The position numbers and the translations under genes are program-made. From Fibrobacteria bacterium (GTDB lineage: Bacteria > Fibrobacterota > Fibrobacteria > UBA11236), in contig JBGTHM010000100.1 in NCBI GenBank assembly GCA_041746255.1, forward strand, positions 120,912 to 184,911: a stretch of DNA of 64,000 nt. Reading direction: 5' to 3'. A model generated the notes under the pieces. It ran no database searches. It worked only from the letters and a program-made list of their open reading frames with translations, and was not told the origin of the DNA. Shown here one piece after another: positions 1-11,300 of this stretch (its first letter is position 1; the number at the start of each line of letters is the position of its first letter).

Positions 1-72
1 GAGGCGCAGGCCGAAGAAATCAAGGTGGAGAACGTGGTGCAACGGGTATTCGACAACGTGGAAGTGCCGTAA
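1..72 (+). CDS. moxR: C-terminal end of MoxR-family AAA+ ATPase (partial, window edge)
   Basis: Frame 1 reads EAQAEEIKVENVVQRVFDNVEVP*, a typical MoxR C-terminus. The stop overlaps the DUF58 start (TAATG), the canonical position ahead of a Bat operon. Confidence 0.75.
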   Translation, partial: EAQAEEIKVENVVQRVFDNVEVP

Positions 73-962
73 TGATTTCCAAGGAAGTGCTTCGCAAGGT
101 CCGGCAAATCGAAATACGCACCAGCAGCGTAGTCGATTCCGTGCTTTCCGGAGCGTACCATTCCTCGTTCAAGGGCAGGGGCATGGAGTTTTCCGAAGTG
201 CGCGAATACGTGCCGGGAGACGAAATCCGTTCCATCGACTGGAATGTTACCGCCCGCACCGGCACGCCTTTCATCAAAAAATACGTGGAGGAGCGCGAGC
301 TTACCGTGATTTTGGTGGTGGACGCGAGCTCTTCGGGGGAATTCGGCAGCCAATCGGAAATGAAGGGCGAGGTGATGGCTACCATCAGCGCACTACTGGC
401 CTTTTCCGCCATTAAAAACAACGACCGCGTCGGATTGCTTATTTTCACCTCGCAAGTGGAGAAATTCATCCCGCCCCAAAAGGGTAAGAAACACGTGCTG
501 CGCGTTATTCGGGAATTGCTGTATTTCCGCCCCCAGGCCAAGGGAACCGATTTGGCCATGGCCCTGGATCATCTCAACCGTATCCAGAAACGCCGGGCCG
601 TAGTCTTCGTGATCTCCGATTTCGCCACCGGCTCTTTCGAGAAACCCATCAAGCTGCTTAAACGGCGGCATGACAGCGTAGCTGTGGCGGTACTGGATCC
701 GCGGGAGCGGGACTTTCCCGATATCGGATTCATCGAGTTGGAAGACGCCGAAACCGGCGAGTCCGTACTGGTGGATACCGGCGACGCGAATTTCCGCAAA
801 CTTTTCCAGCGGGAGTCGCTACGGGAAACCACCGAGTTGCAAAAACTTTTCCGGCGGTTGAGTATGGACTATGTAGAAGTTCTCATCCGCAAAAATTACG
901 ACCAGACCGTGCATCCCCTCTTGGAATATTTTCGCAAAAGGTCGCTGAAGCATGGGCACTGA
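72..962 (+). CDS. DUF58 / VWA-like MoxR-associated protein
   Basis: GRGMEFSEVREYVPGDEIRSIDWNVTAR and VVDASSS motifs of the DUF58 family. Confidence 0.93.
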   Translation: MISKEVLRKVRQIEIRTSSVVDSVLSGAYHSSFKGRGMEFSEVREYVPGDEIRSIDWNVTARTGTPFIKKYVEERELTVILVVDASSSGEFGSQSEMKGEVMATISALLAFSAIKNNDRVGLLIFTSQVEKFIPPQKGKKHVLRVIRELLYFRPQAKGTDLAMALDHLNRIQKRRAVVFVISDFATGSFEKPIKLLKRRHDSVAVAVLDPRERDFPDIGFIELEDAETGESVLVDTGDANFRKLFQRESLRETTELQKLFRRLSMDYVEVLIRKNYDQTVHPLLEYFRKRSLKHGH

Positions 963-1926
963 CCGTCGCGGCGCTCTCTGGGCGCTGGTACTCTGTATTT
1001 TCGGTTTCACCGGAGCGGGCGCGGCTTCCGCCGCGGGAAAGTTGGAGATATCTTCCCAGGTGGACCGCTCCGAAATTACCGTGGGCGACCGCATCGTCTA
1101 CACCATCACCGTGCAATATCCGGAAAATGGGACTGTCGAGCTGCCGTCGGTGCTGGGAAATCTCGGCGCCTTTGAAGTGAAGGAATACGGGGTGACCCCC
1201 GCGGAAACCAGAGATGGCCGCGTCTCGCAAACTTGGCGCTTCAGCCTGTCCACCTTTACCCTGGGAGATTTCACCCTTCCTCCCCAGCGAATCGATTTCA
1301 TGGAAGGCGACGGAAAACTGCGCACCACCCACTTTACCCAGCCTATCGAAATCACGGTCAAGCGCACCTCACCCGAAGGAGCCAAGACCATAGCGGATAT
1401 CGCCGACTTGGCCGACATTCCCCAAGCGCCTCCCTGGGGCCTTATCGCCTTGGGAGCCCTGCTTGCCCTGGCAGCAGGCCTATGGGTCTGGCGGTCCAGG
1501 CGGAATCGGTCAGGCGCTTCCGACAAATCCATTCCTCGGTTGCCCCCCTATGAAGAGGCTTTGGAGCACCTCTCCCGATTGAACGCAACCCAGTCGGTCC
1601 GGCAAAACCAGGCGCGGGAATTGTGTTTCGCCCTGTCTGAGATTTTACGGCGTTATGTGTCCCGACGGTTTACCGTCAACGGGTTGGAGGCCACCACCGA
1701 AGAATTCCTGCAACGCACTGCTGATCTTCCGGTGGACGTACCCCACCGCCGCTGGCTCGGGGATTTCTGCAGCCGCACCGATTTGGTCAAATTTGCGAAC
1801 CTGAACCTGTTGGAAACCGAGGCCAACCAACTCATGCGCGAATTGCGGGAATTCCTCGATGCCACCCGACCGGCGCCCGAAACCCCCTCGGCATCTCCCT
1901 CCTCGAAGGGAGTGGCCCAAGCGTGA
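952..1926 (+). CDS. Bat-operon membrane protein (BatD-like N-terminal Ig domain, one TM helix, cytoplasmic helical domain)
   Basis: Signal peptide, VDRSEITVGD, TM segment WGLIALGALLALAAGLWVW, then LSEILRRY..EATTEE..DLVKFA motif. Sits between DUF58 and batA. Confidence 0.8.
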   Translation: MGTDRRGALWALVLCIFGFTGAGAASAAGKLEISSQVDRSEITVGDRIVYTITVQYPENGTVELPSVLGNLGAFEVKEYGVTPAETRDGRVSQTWRFSLSTFTLGDFTLPPQRIDFMEGDGKLRTTHFTQPIEITVKRTSPEGAKTIADIADLADIPQAPPWGLIALGALLALAAGLWVWRSRRNRSGASDKSIPRLPPYEEALEHLSRLNATQSVRQNQARELCFALSEILRRYVSRRFTVNGLEATTEEFLQRTADLPVDVPHRRWLGDFCSRTDLVKFANLNLLETEANQLMRELREFLDATRPAPETPSASPSSKGVAQA

Positions 1927-2921
1927 TGTGGCCCACCTTTAACAGTCCCTGGTTTCTGCTGGGACTGCTGCTGATTCCCCTGTTGTTGTGGCGATACATT
2001 CGCTTAAGCGGCCGAAAGGAAGCGGGTATCCGCTTCCCCAGCCTGGGCATCATCAAACGTATTCCCAAGGGAACCTTCTACCATTTGCGCCATAGCCTTA
2101 TCGCCCTGCGCCTGGCGGCTATAGCCTTTATCGTCATCGCCCTGGCGCGTCCGCAATACGGGGAATCCCTGGAAGAGGTGACCACCTCGGGCGTGGACAT
2201 CGTGCTCATCCTGGATGTTTCCACCTCCATGAAAGTCATGGATTTCAAACCCAAGAACCGCTTGGTGGTCGCAAAACAGATTCTGGAGGACTTCATCCTG
2301 GGCCGCAGGCATGACCGTATCGGCCTGGTGGTGTTCGCCGGAAAAAGCTACACCCAAAGCCCCCTTACCCTGGACTACGGTATCCTTGTCCAATTTTTAC
2401 GTTCCGTCGATTTCGGAATTGTCGAGGACGGCACGGCCATCGGCACCGGGATACTGAACGGCGTGAATCGCCTTAAGAGCAGCGACGCCAAAAGCAAGGT
2501 GGCGGTGTTGCTCACCGATGGGGAAAACAACGCAGGGGAAGTCAGCCCCATGATGGCCGCCAGGGCCGCCAAAGCCATGGGAGTCAAGGTACATACCATT
2601 GGCGTGGGCAAGGACGGCGATCAGCCCATGGAAATCGACGATCCGGTTTTCGGGAAACGTATCGTCAGCGTGCCCACGAAAATGAACGAAGAGGAGTTGC
2701 TTGAAATCGCGACGCTTACGGGCGGGCAGTATTATCGCGCGCAGGATCCCGAGGCGTTGCGGAATATATTCGCGGCCATCGACGAATTGGAGAAAACCGA
2801 AATCCATACCACCACTTATAACCGTTACCATGAGCTTTTTTACAATTTGCTTCTGGTTGCGCTCGGCCTGCTTTTCGCGGAAATCATTCTCGCCAATACA
2901 AGGTTCATGAAAATCCCATGA
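1923..2921 (+). CDS. batA: BatA VWA-domain membrane protein
   Basis: N-terminal F..PW.L TM pair, LARPQ, MIDAS DVSTS, GTAIG, LLTDGENN. Confidence 0.92.
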   Translation: MMWPTFNSPWFLLGLLLIPLLLWRYIRLSGRKEAGIRFPSLGIIKRIPKGTFYHLRHSLIALRLAAIAFIVIALARPQYGESLEEVTTSGVDIVLILDVSTSMKVMDFKPKNRLVVAKQILEDFILGRRHDRIGLVVFAGKSYTQSPLTLDYGILVQFLRSVDFGIVEDGTAIGTGILNGVNRLKSSDAKSKVAVLLTDGENNAGEVSPMMAARAAKAMGVKVHTIGVGKDGDQPMEIDDPVFGKRIVSVPTKMNEEELLEIATLTGGQYYRAQDPEALRNIFAAIDELEKTEIHTTTYNRYHELFYNLLLVALGLLFAEIILANTRFMKIP

Positions 2922-3943
2922 GATTCGGATCCCCAACCAGCTTTTGGCTGCTGCTAGCCCTGCCCTTGCTGGCGGCTTTCTTCCTCTATGCCATCCGGCG
3001 CAAGCGCCGCATGCTCCGACGTTTCGCCGAAGTGGAAATGCTGCGGAAAATGTCACAGAACATTTCGCCTTACCGGCAATTCCTGAAAGCCGCTTTGCAA
3101 TTGACGGTGGTATTCTTCGTAGTGCTGGCTCTAACCCGCCCCCAATACGGCACCAAAATGGAAATGATGACGCGCCAGGGATTGGACGTGGTCATTGCCG
3201 CCGACGTTTCGCTTTCCATGCTCGCGGAAGACCTGAAACCCACACGCCTGGCCCGTACCAAACAGGAAATGGGCCGTTTCGTCGACAATCTCTCCGGCGA
3301 CCGTATCGGCCTGGTGGCTTTCGCGGGTGAGGCTTTTCTGCAATGTCCGCTTACCACGGACTACGGGGCCTTCAAAATTTTTCTCGACGAACTCGGTCCC
3401 GAGTTGATCGGCACGCCGGGGACCTCGATAGGAGCGGCGTTGGAAACGGCCCTCAAGGCGTTCGATCCCACGGAAAGGAAATACCGGGTGGTGGTATTGC
3501 TTACCGATGGCGAAGACCACAGCGGCGCGGCCGAAAAAGCGGCCCAGAAAGCCGCCGAGCAGGGAGTCATACTCTATACCGTCGGCATCGGATCACGCGG
3601 GGGAGCGCCCATTCCAGTCCGGGATCAGCGCGGTAGGGTCAGTTATAAAACCGATGCGCGTGGAAACGTGGTCACCACCCGCCTCGACGAGGTTTTACTC
3701 CAGAAAATGGCCTTGGCTACGGGAGGCAAGTATTTTCATGCTTCTCCCGGCAGCTTTGAACTGAAGCAGGTTTTGGAGGAAATCAACGCCATGGAAAAAA
3801 GGAAACTGGAGGGAGAACACTTCACCCAATTCGAGGAACGCTTCCAATGGCCGCTTACCGTGGCGCTAATCCTGATCGTGGGCGAAATGCTGCTTTCCGA
3901 CCGGCGAAGGCGGAAACGCGAATGGGAGGGGCGTTTTTCATGA
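2918..3943 (+). CDS. batB: BatB VWA-domain membrane protein
   Basis: LTRPQYG, MIDAS DVSLS, QCPLTTDY, LLTDGEDH, ERFQWPL. ATGA overlap with batA. Confidence 0.92.
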   Translation: MRFGSPTSFWLLLALPLLAAFFLYAIRRKRRMLRRFAEVEMLRKMSQNISPYRQFLKAALQLTVVFFVVLALTRPQYGTKMEMMTRQGLDVVIAADVSLSMLAEDLKPTRLARTKQEMGRFVDNLSGDRIGLVAFAGEAFLQCPLTTDYGAFKIFLDELGPELIGTPGTSIGAALETALKAFDPTERKYRVVVLLTDGEDHSGAAEKAAQKAAEQGVILYTVGIGSRGGAPIPVRDQRGRVSYKTDARGNVVTTRLDEVLLQKMALATGGKYFHASPGSFELKQVLEEINAMEKRKLEGEHFTQFEERFQWPLTVALILIVGEMLLSDRRRRKREWEGRFS

Positions 3944-4839
3944 ATTCTTCCCACCGTTATCCCATGTATTTCAAGATGCCTTATCCGCTCACTATGGCCG
4001 TGTGCCTTTCCATCACCATCGCTTTCTCTCAGGAAGCGTCTCCCGGCGAGGAAAATCGCGCCGCCCGTCATGAAGCGGGTGAGCAATGGAAGTCCACCTC
4101 GGGCCCGGAAAGAATATGGGAGAAAATCCTGCAATCCTTTCTCCTCAAACCGACGCCTGCCAAAGCCGGTAAGCGCGCCTATGTCGCGGAAGATTATGCC
4201 ACGGCACTGCGGAAATACACGGAAGCCGGATTCGACCATCCCGGTTCGCAATCGCTGGCATATAATACGGGAAACGTCCATTACCGCCAGGGCCGCTTCG
4301 ACGACGCCGCCCGTCATTTCGAGGAAGCGCTGAAAGGGACCAATGCGACCCTGGCCGCTAATGCCTATTACAATCTCGGCAATGTCTTTTTCCGGAAAGG
4401 GGAAGCGGCCGGGGAAGGAGGCGCGGAAAAAGCTTTAGCGGAATTTCGCGAAGCCTTGGCGCATTACAAAAAGTCCCTGGAAATTAAGCCCGAAAACGCC
4501 GAAGCCAAACGAAACATCGAAGTGACGCAGGCCCGTATCAAGGAGTTGCTGGAACAGCAGCAGCAAGATCCATCCCAGGGGGGCGGGGAGCCGCCTCCGG
4601 AGCCAAGCGAACGCGCTAAACAAATTCTGGCTCGCGCCATGCAACTTTCGGCGCAACGCAAATATTCCGAGGCCAAAAGCCTGCTGGAAGCGATAATTCG
4701 CGAAGACGAAACCGCCGCGAGTTTCAAATCGCATGTACAAAGGATTCAGGATGTACTCGATTTGCTGAGCGGTAAGATGCCGACTCCTCCCGAGTCCGGC
4801 GATCCACGCGCAAGACAAGAGGGGTTGGGTGTGATATGA
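3940..4839 (+). CDS. batC: BatC-like TPR protein
   Basis: TPR motifs (YNTGNVHYRQG, YYNLGNVFF, EAKRNIE). Start placed at ATG 3940, which overlaps the batB TGA, rather than at ORF-track 3847. Confidence 0.8.
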   Translation: MNSSHRYPMYFKMPYPLTMAVCLSITIAFSQEASPGEENRAARHEAGEQWKSTSGPERIWEKILQSFLLKPTPAKAGKRAYVAEDYATALRKYTEAGFDHPGSQSLAYNTGNVHYRQGRFDDAARHFEEALKGTNATLAANAYYNLGNVFFRKGEAAGEGGAEKALAEFREALAHYKKSLEIKPENAEAKRNIEVTQARIKELLEQQQQDPSQGGGEPPPEPSERAKQILARAMQLSAQRKYSEAKSLLEAIIREDETAASFKSHVQRIQDVLDLLSGKMPTPPESGDPRARQEGLGVI

Positions 4840-5411
4840 AAAGCCCCGCCTTTTTTCCCAAATCCCTGTCACTCCTATTTCTGGTCCTCGCTGGGGCGCT
4901 TTGCGCCAAATCGGCGGATATGTATTTCCACGGCGGAGGACATAAATATGTGCAGGGACGCATCCAGGAAGCTTCCATCGAAATCGAGGAAGGCGTGCGG
5001 GCACATCCTCAGGACAAGCGACTGACGGACTTTGCGGAATATCTACGAAAACTGAAAGACGAACAAAAGCAACAAGACGGCGATCAGCAACAGAATAAGC
5101 AAGAGCAACAAGAGGGTCAAGACCAGGAGAAACCGGAAGATTCGGGCGAACAGGACCGGCAACAAGATAAACCGCCGGAAGACAAACCCGAGGATCAAGA
5201 AGGGAAATCCGATCCGAAGCCCGATGAAGGTTCAGAAAAACCGGAGGAGGAAAAGCCCAAGCCCGATGCCGCCCGGCCGCAACCGCAGCCCGGCGAAATG
5301 TCGGAGGAGGAGGCGGAACGTTTGCTGAGGGCTTTTGAAGCCGACGAAAAAGAGCAACGGAAAAAGGCGCCTGCGCCCGCACAAAGAGGGGGTGGCGATG
5401 TGGATTGGTAA
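4836..5411 (+). CDS. Exported protein with Q/E/D/K/P-rich linker and BatC-type C-terminal motif
   Basis: Own signal peptide, low-complexity acidic linker, MSEEEAERLLRAFEADEKE...DVDW tail resembling BatC C-termini. ATGA overlap with the previous gene. Confidence 0.75.
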   Translation: MKSPAFFPKSLSLLFLVLAGALCAKSADMYFHGGGHKYVQGRIQEASIEIEEGVRAHPQDKRLTDFAEYLRKLKDEQKQQDGDQQQNKQEQQEGQDQEKPEDSGEQDRQQDKPPEDKPEDQEGKSDPKPDEGSEKPEEEKPKPDAARPQPQPGEMSEEEAERLLRAFEADEKEQRKKAPAPAQRGGGDVDW

Positions 5412-7206
5412 TCGACGGCCACGCATGCGCGTATCCCGGTTCGGCTTCGCTTTCCTGGCCATTCTATTTACGGTTCATCTGGCTTCAGCCGATTTTACCG
5501 CGGACGCGACCATTTCCACCAATCATGTGGGAACGGGCGAGCCGTTTCAGCTTTCGGTGCAAGTGGGGGTTACCAACGAAGATACCGATCTTCCCTGGCC
5601 CATCGTGGAAAACCTGGAACCCTTCACAGTCGCCAAGGGCTCAACCACCGCCCAGTCCTCGGAAACCACCATCATTAATGGACGCATCACCCGCAGAAAC
5701 CGTTTTATCACCACCTTCACCTATACCTTGACCGCTGCGCAACCGGGTAATTTCCACATCGGACCCATCCGATACCGGTATGCGAATTCGGAACGTAACC
5801 TGGGCAGTACCACGGTACAGGTGGTCAAACGCGAGCCGGGTATCCGGCTGATTCCCAGCCTGAATAAATCCTCCGTCTTCGTAGGGGAGCAGTTGGTCTA
5901 TACGCTGCGCATCATTCCCGGTCCCGGCGTGCAGAAAATCTCCCGCCCGGAAATCCAAAAGCTTATCGGCGACAAGTTCTGGTTCCAACATCTGGACGAT
6001 AAAATCGATTCAAAAATCGTGAAAATCGGCGGTGAAGATACCCGCGTCTTCGACGTGCGCATCGTGCTTTTTCCCTTGCTGGCCGGAGCAGTCGACTTGC
6101 CGGGCATTCCGGTGGAATATGAACAGGCTACGCGCACCCGGCGACGCACCGGATCGGTTTTCGATTTCTTCGAAGACGATTTTTTCGGAGGAGCGGCGCA
6201 ATCCCTTTCCGCCACCAGCCACGGACTCAAATTAAAGGTCGAACCTTTGCCCTTGCCCTCTCCCGACGGCTTCTCCGGAGCGACGGGCAATTATAGCCTG
6301 TCGGCGCAGGTCGATAAATCATCTCTGCCTTCCGGCGACGCCTTTACCCTTACGGTCACCATCAAAGGCGACGGACAGCCCAAATCCATTACCCAGCCGC
6401 AACTACCTGATTTAGGCGATTTCGAACTTTACGATCCCGAGGTAACGGAAAAAACCCAGGTGCAGGGGTCTACCCTCATTACTACCAAAACATTCAAATA
6501 TGTCCTGGTCCCGCGCCGTAGCGGATCCCGGAAAATCGACCCTTTGCAATTCCACTATTTCGACCCGAAAAAAGGCCGCTACGCTTCCGCCTCCTCGGAA
6601 ACCATCCCCATCGAAGTCACACCGGGCAAGGATTTGGCCGAACCGGCGGGTGTGGTGTTATCGCAGCGGGAAATCACGGAACTGGGATCCGATATCCGGC
6701 ATATCAAATCGGCTGGCGCGCCCCTGGCCATGGAAAACGGTTTTCTGCATAAGCGTTGGGGATTCTGGCTGCTTTTCGTCTTCCCCCCTCTGGGCTTTTT
6801 CGCCCTGCTGTGGCAAGGCAGGCGCCGCGCCAGGCTGGATTCCGACATCGGCCTGAGACGGAGACTCGGAGCGGGATCCGAATCGAGAAAGCGATTGCAA
6901 TTGGCGCGTAAAGCCCTGGAAGGCGAGGATGCGCGTGAATTCCATCGCTTGCTTTCGTCGGCGCTTCAGGGTTACCTCTCGGATAAACTCGTCACGGAGT
7001 TCAAAGGCATGACGAGCGGACAGGAGCGGGATAGGCTCATGGCGGCGGGCGTATCCGAGAATACGCGCTTGCTTTATGACAAATTACGGCAACAATGTGA
7101 TTTCGCACAATTCGCCGGCGCGCGTTTCGATAAACAAACCTTGCAAAAAACCTATGCGGAAGCCGAAACCGTCTTGAAAAGCCTGGACAAGGAGATACGC
7201 GTATGA
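5398..7206 (+). CDS. batD: BatD family protein
   Basis: Signal peptide, repeated BatD Ig-like domains (FSGATGNYSL..VDK; YFDPKKGRY), DIRHIK, TM helix. Start is ATG 5398 or 5425. Confidence 0.88.
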   Translation: MWIGNRRPRMRVSRFGFAFLAILFTVHLASADFTADATISTNHVGTGEPFQLSVQVGVTNEDTDLPWPIVENLEPFTVAKGSTTAQSSETTIINGRITRRNRFITTFTYTLTAAQPGNFHIGPIRYRYANSERNLGSTTVQVVKREPGIRLIPSLNKSSVFVGEQLVYTLRIIPGPGVQKISRPEIQKLIGDKFWFQHLDDKIDSKIVKIGGEDTRVFDVRIVLFPLLAGAVDLPGIPVEYEQATRTRRRTGSVFDFFEDDFFGGAAQSLSATSHGLKLKVEPLPLPSPDGFSGATGNYSLSAQVDKSSLPSGDAFTLTVTIKGDGQPKSITQPQLPDLGDFELYDPEVTEKTQVQGSTLITTKTFKYVLVPRRSGSRKIDPLQFHYFDPKKGRYASASSETIPIEVTPGKDLAEPAGVVLSQREITELGSDIRHIKSAGAPLAMENGFLHKRWGFWLLFVFPPLGFFALLWQGRRRARLDSDIGLRRRLGAGSESRKRLQLARKALEGEDAREFHRLLSSALQGYLSDKLVTEFKGMTSGQERDRLMAAGVSENTRLLYDKLRQQCDFAQFAGARFDKQTLQKTYAEAETVLKSLDKEIRV

Positions 7207-7988
7207 AAATCCGGGCCATTACTGCATTGTGGGCCGTTTTGCTCGCGGTAGGCGCCGTGATTTTCATGTCTCCGAGCGTAGCGCGCGCCGATGCGCAGCG
7301 AGCCCATGAGCAATTCCTTGCGGGTAACCAGGCCTATGAAGCCGGTGAGTTCCAAATGGCGGTGGATGCCTACCGCCGCGCGCTGGATGAAGGTTTGGTG
7401 AACAGTCGTCTCTATTACAACTATGGGAATGCCCTTTATCGGTTGAACCGGCTAGGCCCAGCCATTCTCTACTATGAAAGGGCGCTTAAACTCACGCCCC
7501 ATGACGACGACATCCGGCACAACCTCCGATTCGCCAACGCCCGCATCGTCGATAAACCGTCGGAGCCGGCCTCGAACGCGCTGACCCGCTTTCTCTGGAA
7601 GGTCCATGCCGGGTACTCGCTCAATCAGGGACTTTGGGCGTCCTTGGCCCTATTTTCCCTCATTTTCCTGTTCGCGGGCTTGCGAACCTACCTTCCGAAC
7701 TGGAAAGCCTTATGGACAATGGCACTGGTAGCGTGTCTACTGGCCATTGTGAGCTTCGTACCTTCCTTGACCTATCGCATATACGTGACGGAAGCCGCCC
7801 GGCATGCCGTGGTTTTGGAGCCCACCCTGAATTTATACAGCGGTCCTGGTCGGAATTATGAGCTCCTGTCCAAAATCCACGAGGGGACCAAAGTGGAAGT
7901 GACCAGCGCGAAAGACGATTGGGCCCTCATTAAGCTGTCCAATGGTCTCGGAGGTTACGTTACTTTAGATGCTTTAGGACGCATATAG
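7203..7988 (+). CDS. batE: BatE TPR + SH3b protein
   Basis: YYNYGNALYRLNRLGPAILYYERAL, two TM helices, C-terminal SH3b (SGPG..IHEGTKV..W.LIKLSNGLGGYV). Confidence 0.9.
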   Translation: MKIRAITALWAVLLAVGAVIFMSPSVARADAQRAHEQFLAGNQAYEAGEFQMAVDAYRRALDEGLVNSRLYYNYGNALYRLNRLGPAILYYERALKLTPHDDDIRHNLRFANARIVDKPSEPASNALTRFLWKVHAGYSLNQGLWASLALFSLIFLFAGLRTYLPNWKALWTMALVACLLAIVSFVPSLTYRIYVTEAARHAVVLEPTLNLYSGPGRNYELLSKIHEGTKVEVTSAKDDWALIKLSNGLGGYVTLDALGRI

Positions 7989-8118
7989 TTTCCGTTCTAC
8001 CCCCTGTTTTTCGCAAAATCATCCCTTATTGTCTCAAAATCCCCCGTTAGGGGCGAGAATTGAGTTCTTTGGAGCCCCCGCGGATTGCTCTTTTCCCGGG
8101 CAAGACCAATGTGACTTT

Positions 8119-8146
8119 TTGAAATGACCTTTTTCGGGAGTATATT
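8119..8146 (+). promoter_or_regulatory. Candidate sigma70-type promoter for the fibro-slime gene
   Basis: TTGAAA (8119-8124), 16-bp spacer, TATATT (8141-8146) in the intergenic region. Confidence 0.35.
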
Positions 8147-8353
8147 TCACTCATAATCAGCTTGAGTACCCGTAAAAACGCCAATTCCGGATGAAATCCT
8201 AAGGTTGGGTAGAGTTATAATCAAGTAGGCGTATCCTAAAGCTGATTGGGGATTCCAATGAACACATCAAAGCAAACGACCTTGCCGCAAGGCAAGACTG
8301 AAGTATCCACCTGCTTACCTGGTACTCCAAAAATTATTATCAAGGAAATTGGC

Positions 8354-11300
8354 ATGAAATTGACCGTAGTGGGACTAACCCTCTTCGCGTTTTGCACCGG
8401 CGCTTTGGCGCAGAATAATCCTCCCTCCACTATCACCCTGCAAGCCAAACTGCGCGACTTCAAAGAAAGTCCCGATCTCGGCAAGGTGGTTGCGGGTCAT
8501 CACCCCCATTTCAATGCTTGCGCGAGTACCGGATTGGCCGCGGGAAACATTGAGACTCAAATCAATGTGAATGGTCAATCAGATCCCCGATTTGAAGGAG
8601 ATAATCGCAATCCCAAGTTGAAAGTTCCCCTGAATTCCAATGCATGCCTTACCCCCGTCGAACGTTTCGAAGATTGGTTCAACGACAAAAGCTCCGACAT
8701 AAACCGTGCCTTTCTCACCGAACTCCAATTTGTGCGTAATGATGTTACAGGTATGTACGAATACGGCAACAGCGCCTACTTTCCCCTGAATAATGGAAAA
8801 CTGAACCAGGCGGGTGGATACACAAAATTCGACCCAAGCGATCCCAACCCGTTCGGACACTTACAAAGTGGAATTGTGAATAACATTGATCTTTCAAGCC
8901 GTAACTATGGTTTTACTCTGGAAATGCATACCAGCTTCGCATATCATGCCGGCGAAGGGCAGACCTTTCTTTTTCGCGGCGATGACGATGTTTGGGTGTT
9001 CATAAACGATAAATTGGTAATTGATTTGGGAGGAATTCATTCAGCCTTGGAAAGAGTCGTGAACCTGGACAATCTGGCCGCACAACTCGGACTTGTAGAC
9101 GGTGAAAATTATCCCCTCGACTTTTTCTTTGCGGAACGACGTGTCACTCAATCCAACCTTTTCATCACTACCAGTCTGGCCTTGGCTCAGCCATCGATTG
9201 TCGATAATATCACCGCATCCCCACCGGGCCACACCTTCCCTATTCAAACCCAGGTGACCCTGTCTACCCCGACTCCTGAGGTAACCATACGCTATACGAT
9301 TGACGGCAGCACTCCCGACAGCACCAGCACCATCTACACCGGCCCCCTCACTTTCATCGAAACCACCATCCTAAAAGCCATAGCCTATAAGGCCGGCTGG
9401 TTACCAAGCGAAGTGTTGACCGAGACTTATACCAAGGTTGCACCCAAGAGTAGTCTGCAAATCCTGAACGCTACAGGCCAACCCTTCGCCTCGGGCTATC
9501 TCACCCAAAATGACAATGCTTTCACCGTCCAGGTCACCACGTACCAGGCCGGACTCACCTCCATCTCCCCCACTTCGGCCACACAAATCAAAGGAGATAA
9601 CCTCACACTCACCCTCTCCAATCCTGTCATCGGCAATACCATCGTGTATACCGGGACTGTTCCTTTCAAATCCAGTGACGATCCGGTATCTATTGCCAAT
9701 ACACTGGAGGCTGCCTTTTACGACACGGTAACGGTAACCTGGGTCAATCCCAGCGATCCCACCGATATCGCCACCGCCAAAATGCCGGTACGAGCGGCTC
9801 CGAAACAGGCAACGGCCTATTTTTCCACCAACCCCCAGGGAACAGACACTACGGACACCTATGTGGGAACAGAAGCCTTCCTCTATATCATCATCGATGA
9901 CCAGATTCTGCCTCCCGGGGCCGGCCAAGTTACCCTGACCACCACTCCTTTTTTGGGAGGCCAGCCCGACAATCTTATCCTGCCCCTGACCCCGGTTGCG
10001 GGAACGCCTGGACGCTATAGCGCCACCATCCCTACAGACCTGCTTAACCCCGTGAATACAGCGGACGGCTTGTTACAACTGGCGCTGCAAGACGAAATAA
10101 AAGCCACCTACCAGGATCCCACCTCACCGACGGAGCCTCCCGCCATAGCTAATGCCGGGTTCGGCATCAAACCCGAAATTACCGCCCAATTCGAGTTTAC
10201 TGATGCGAATTACGTTCCCTTACCCCCCGGAATCCACTGGAGCCCCACCGAAGGTTTCATCTACCTTCGTTACCGCGACGACGTTTTTGACGGCTCCATT
10301 ACCACTAAGCAACTGAATGTGGTGGTAACCAACAACCAGGGTAAGGCTAAAGGCGATGAAGAAAAATCCACCCTCGTTCTCACCCTCAATCCCGGCGCCA
10401 CCCAGCAATCCACCGGATTCTGGTTCGGAAAATTTCCACTCAAAGATCTGCCCAATCCCGGCCTCGAGAATTCGATTGTGGAGACCTATATCCTGGGTGA
10501 GGTCACGGTAAGCGTTCCTACGCATAACAAATTAGGGACGGCAGGCCCGAATATCACGACCCAGCTTCGGGTTGCCTATCCCGATGAGAACGAAGTACTG
10601 GCCCTAGTGAATACCGCGGATCCCGTCGCCGAAATTGAACGGGCCACCAACTCGATAACCGTAATCATCAAGGACCAGACTTATTCGTCGGTGCAGGACA
10701 CCATCTTCGCCGACATGAGTTGCACCAATTCCGGAGATATTTTACGGAATGTCCGCCTGATCGAATCCGACACGCAACCCGGAACCTACACCTCGGCGCC
10801 CGTCGCAAAAAACGAGGGAAGCGTCGATACGGGCGACTTGGTCTTGACCTGCAAGGATACGGATGAAATCAAGCTGCAATACACCGATCAAGTTTACGGA
10901 AACATTCGCGAAATCGTGGTTCCCTTCGGTGGTCAGAGCGTCAATCTCAAACTCTATTATACCGAAAAGGATAAAACCCAGCCTATATCCTTCATCCGCG
11001 TCTCGCAGGGAAATTCCTTTATGGCCTGGGTGGAAGGACACAGCCCCCGGGTCAATCAAATCGATACCATCGCCATTTCCTTCACCACGGAGCAAGGGGA
11101 GAATGAAACATTTTACGCCGTGGAAACCGGACCCTTCACCCAGCTTTTCAAGGTTGAGGTTCCTTTCGCTTTCGTAGACGGAAAACCCACCGTCAACAAC
11201 AAGATTATCGATGCTCAACTCGTCAGCCAAACTTCCCTGGGGAGAGTGGTGGTAACCGGTAAGGTAACCCATAACGGTGTTACCCGTGAAGCGACAATCG

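Noticed and set aside
5050..5300. Repetitive CAA/GAA-rich tract as a possible tandem repeat or CRISPR-like array
   Set aside because: It is explained by the Q/E/D/K-rich coding linker and has no fixed repeat-spacer periodicity.
8246..8353. ORF-track upstream start of the fibro-slime gene
   Set aside because: The signal peptide and RBS fit ATG 8354.
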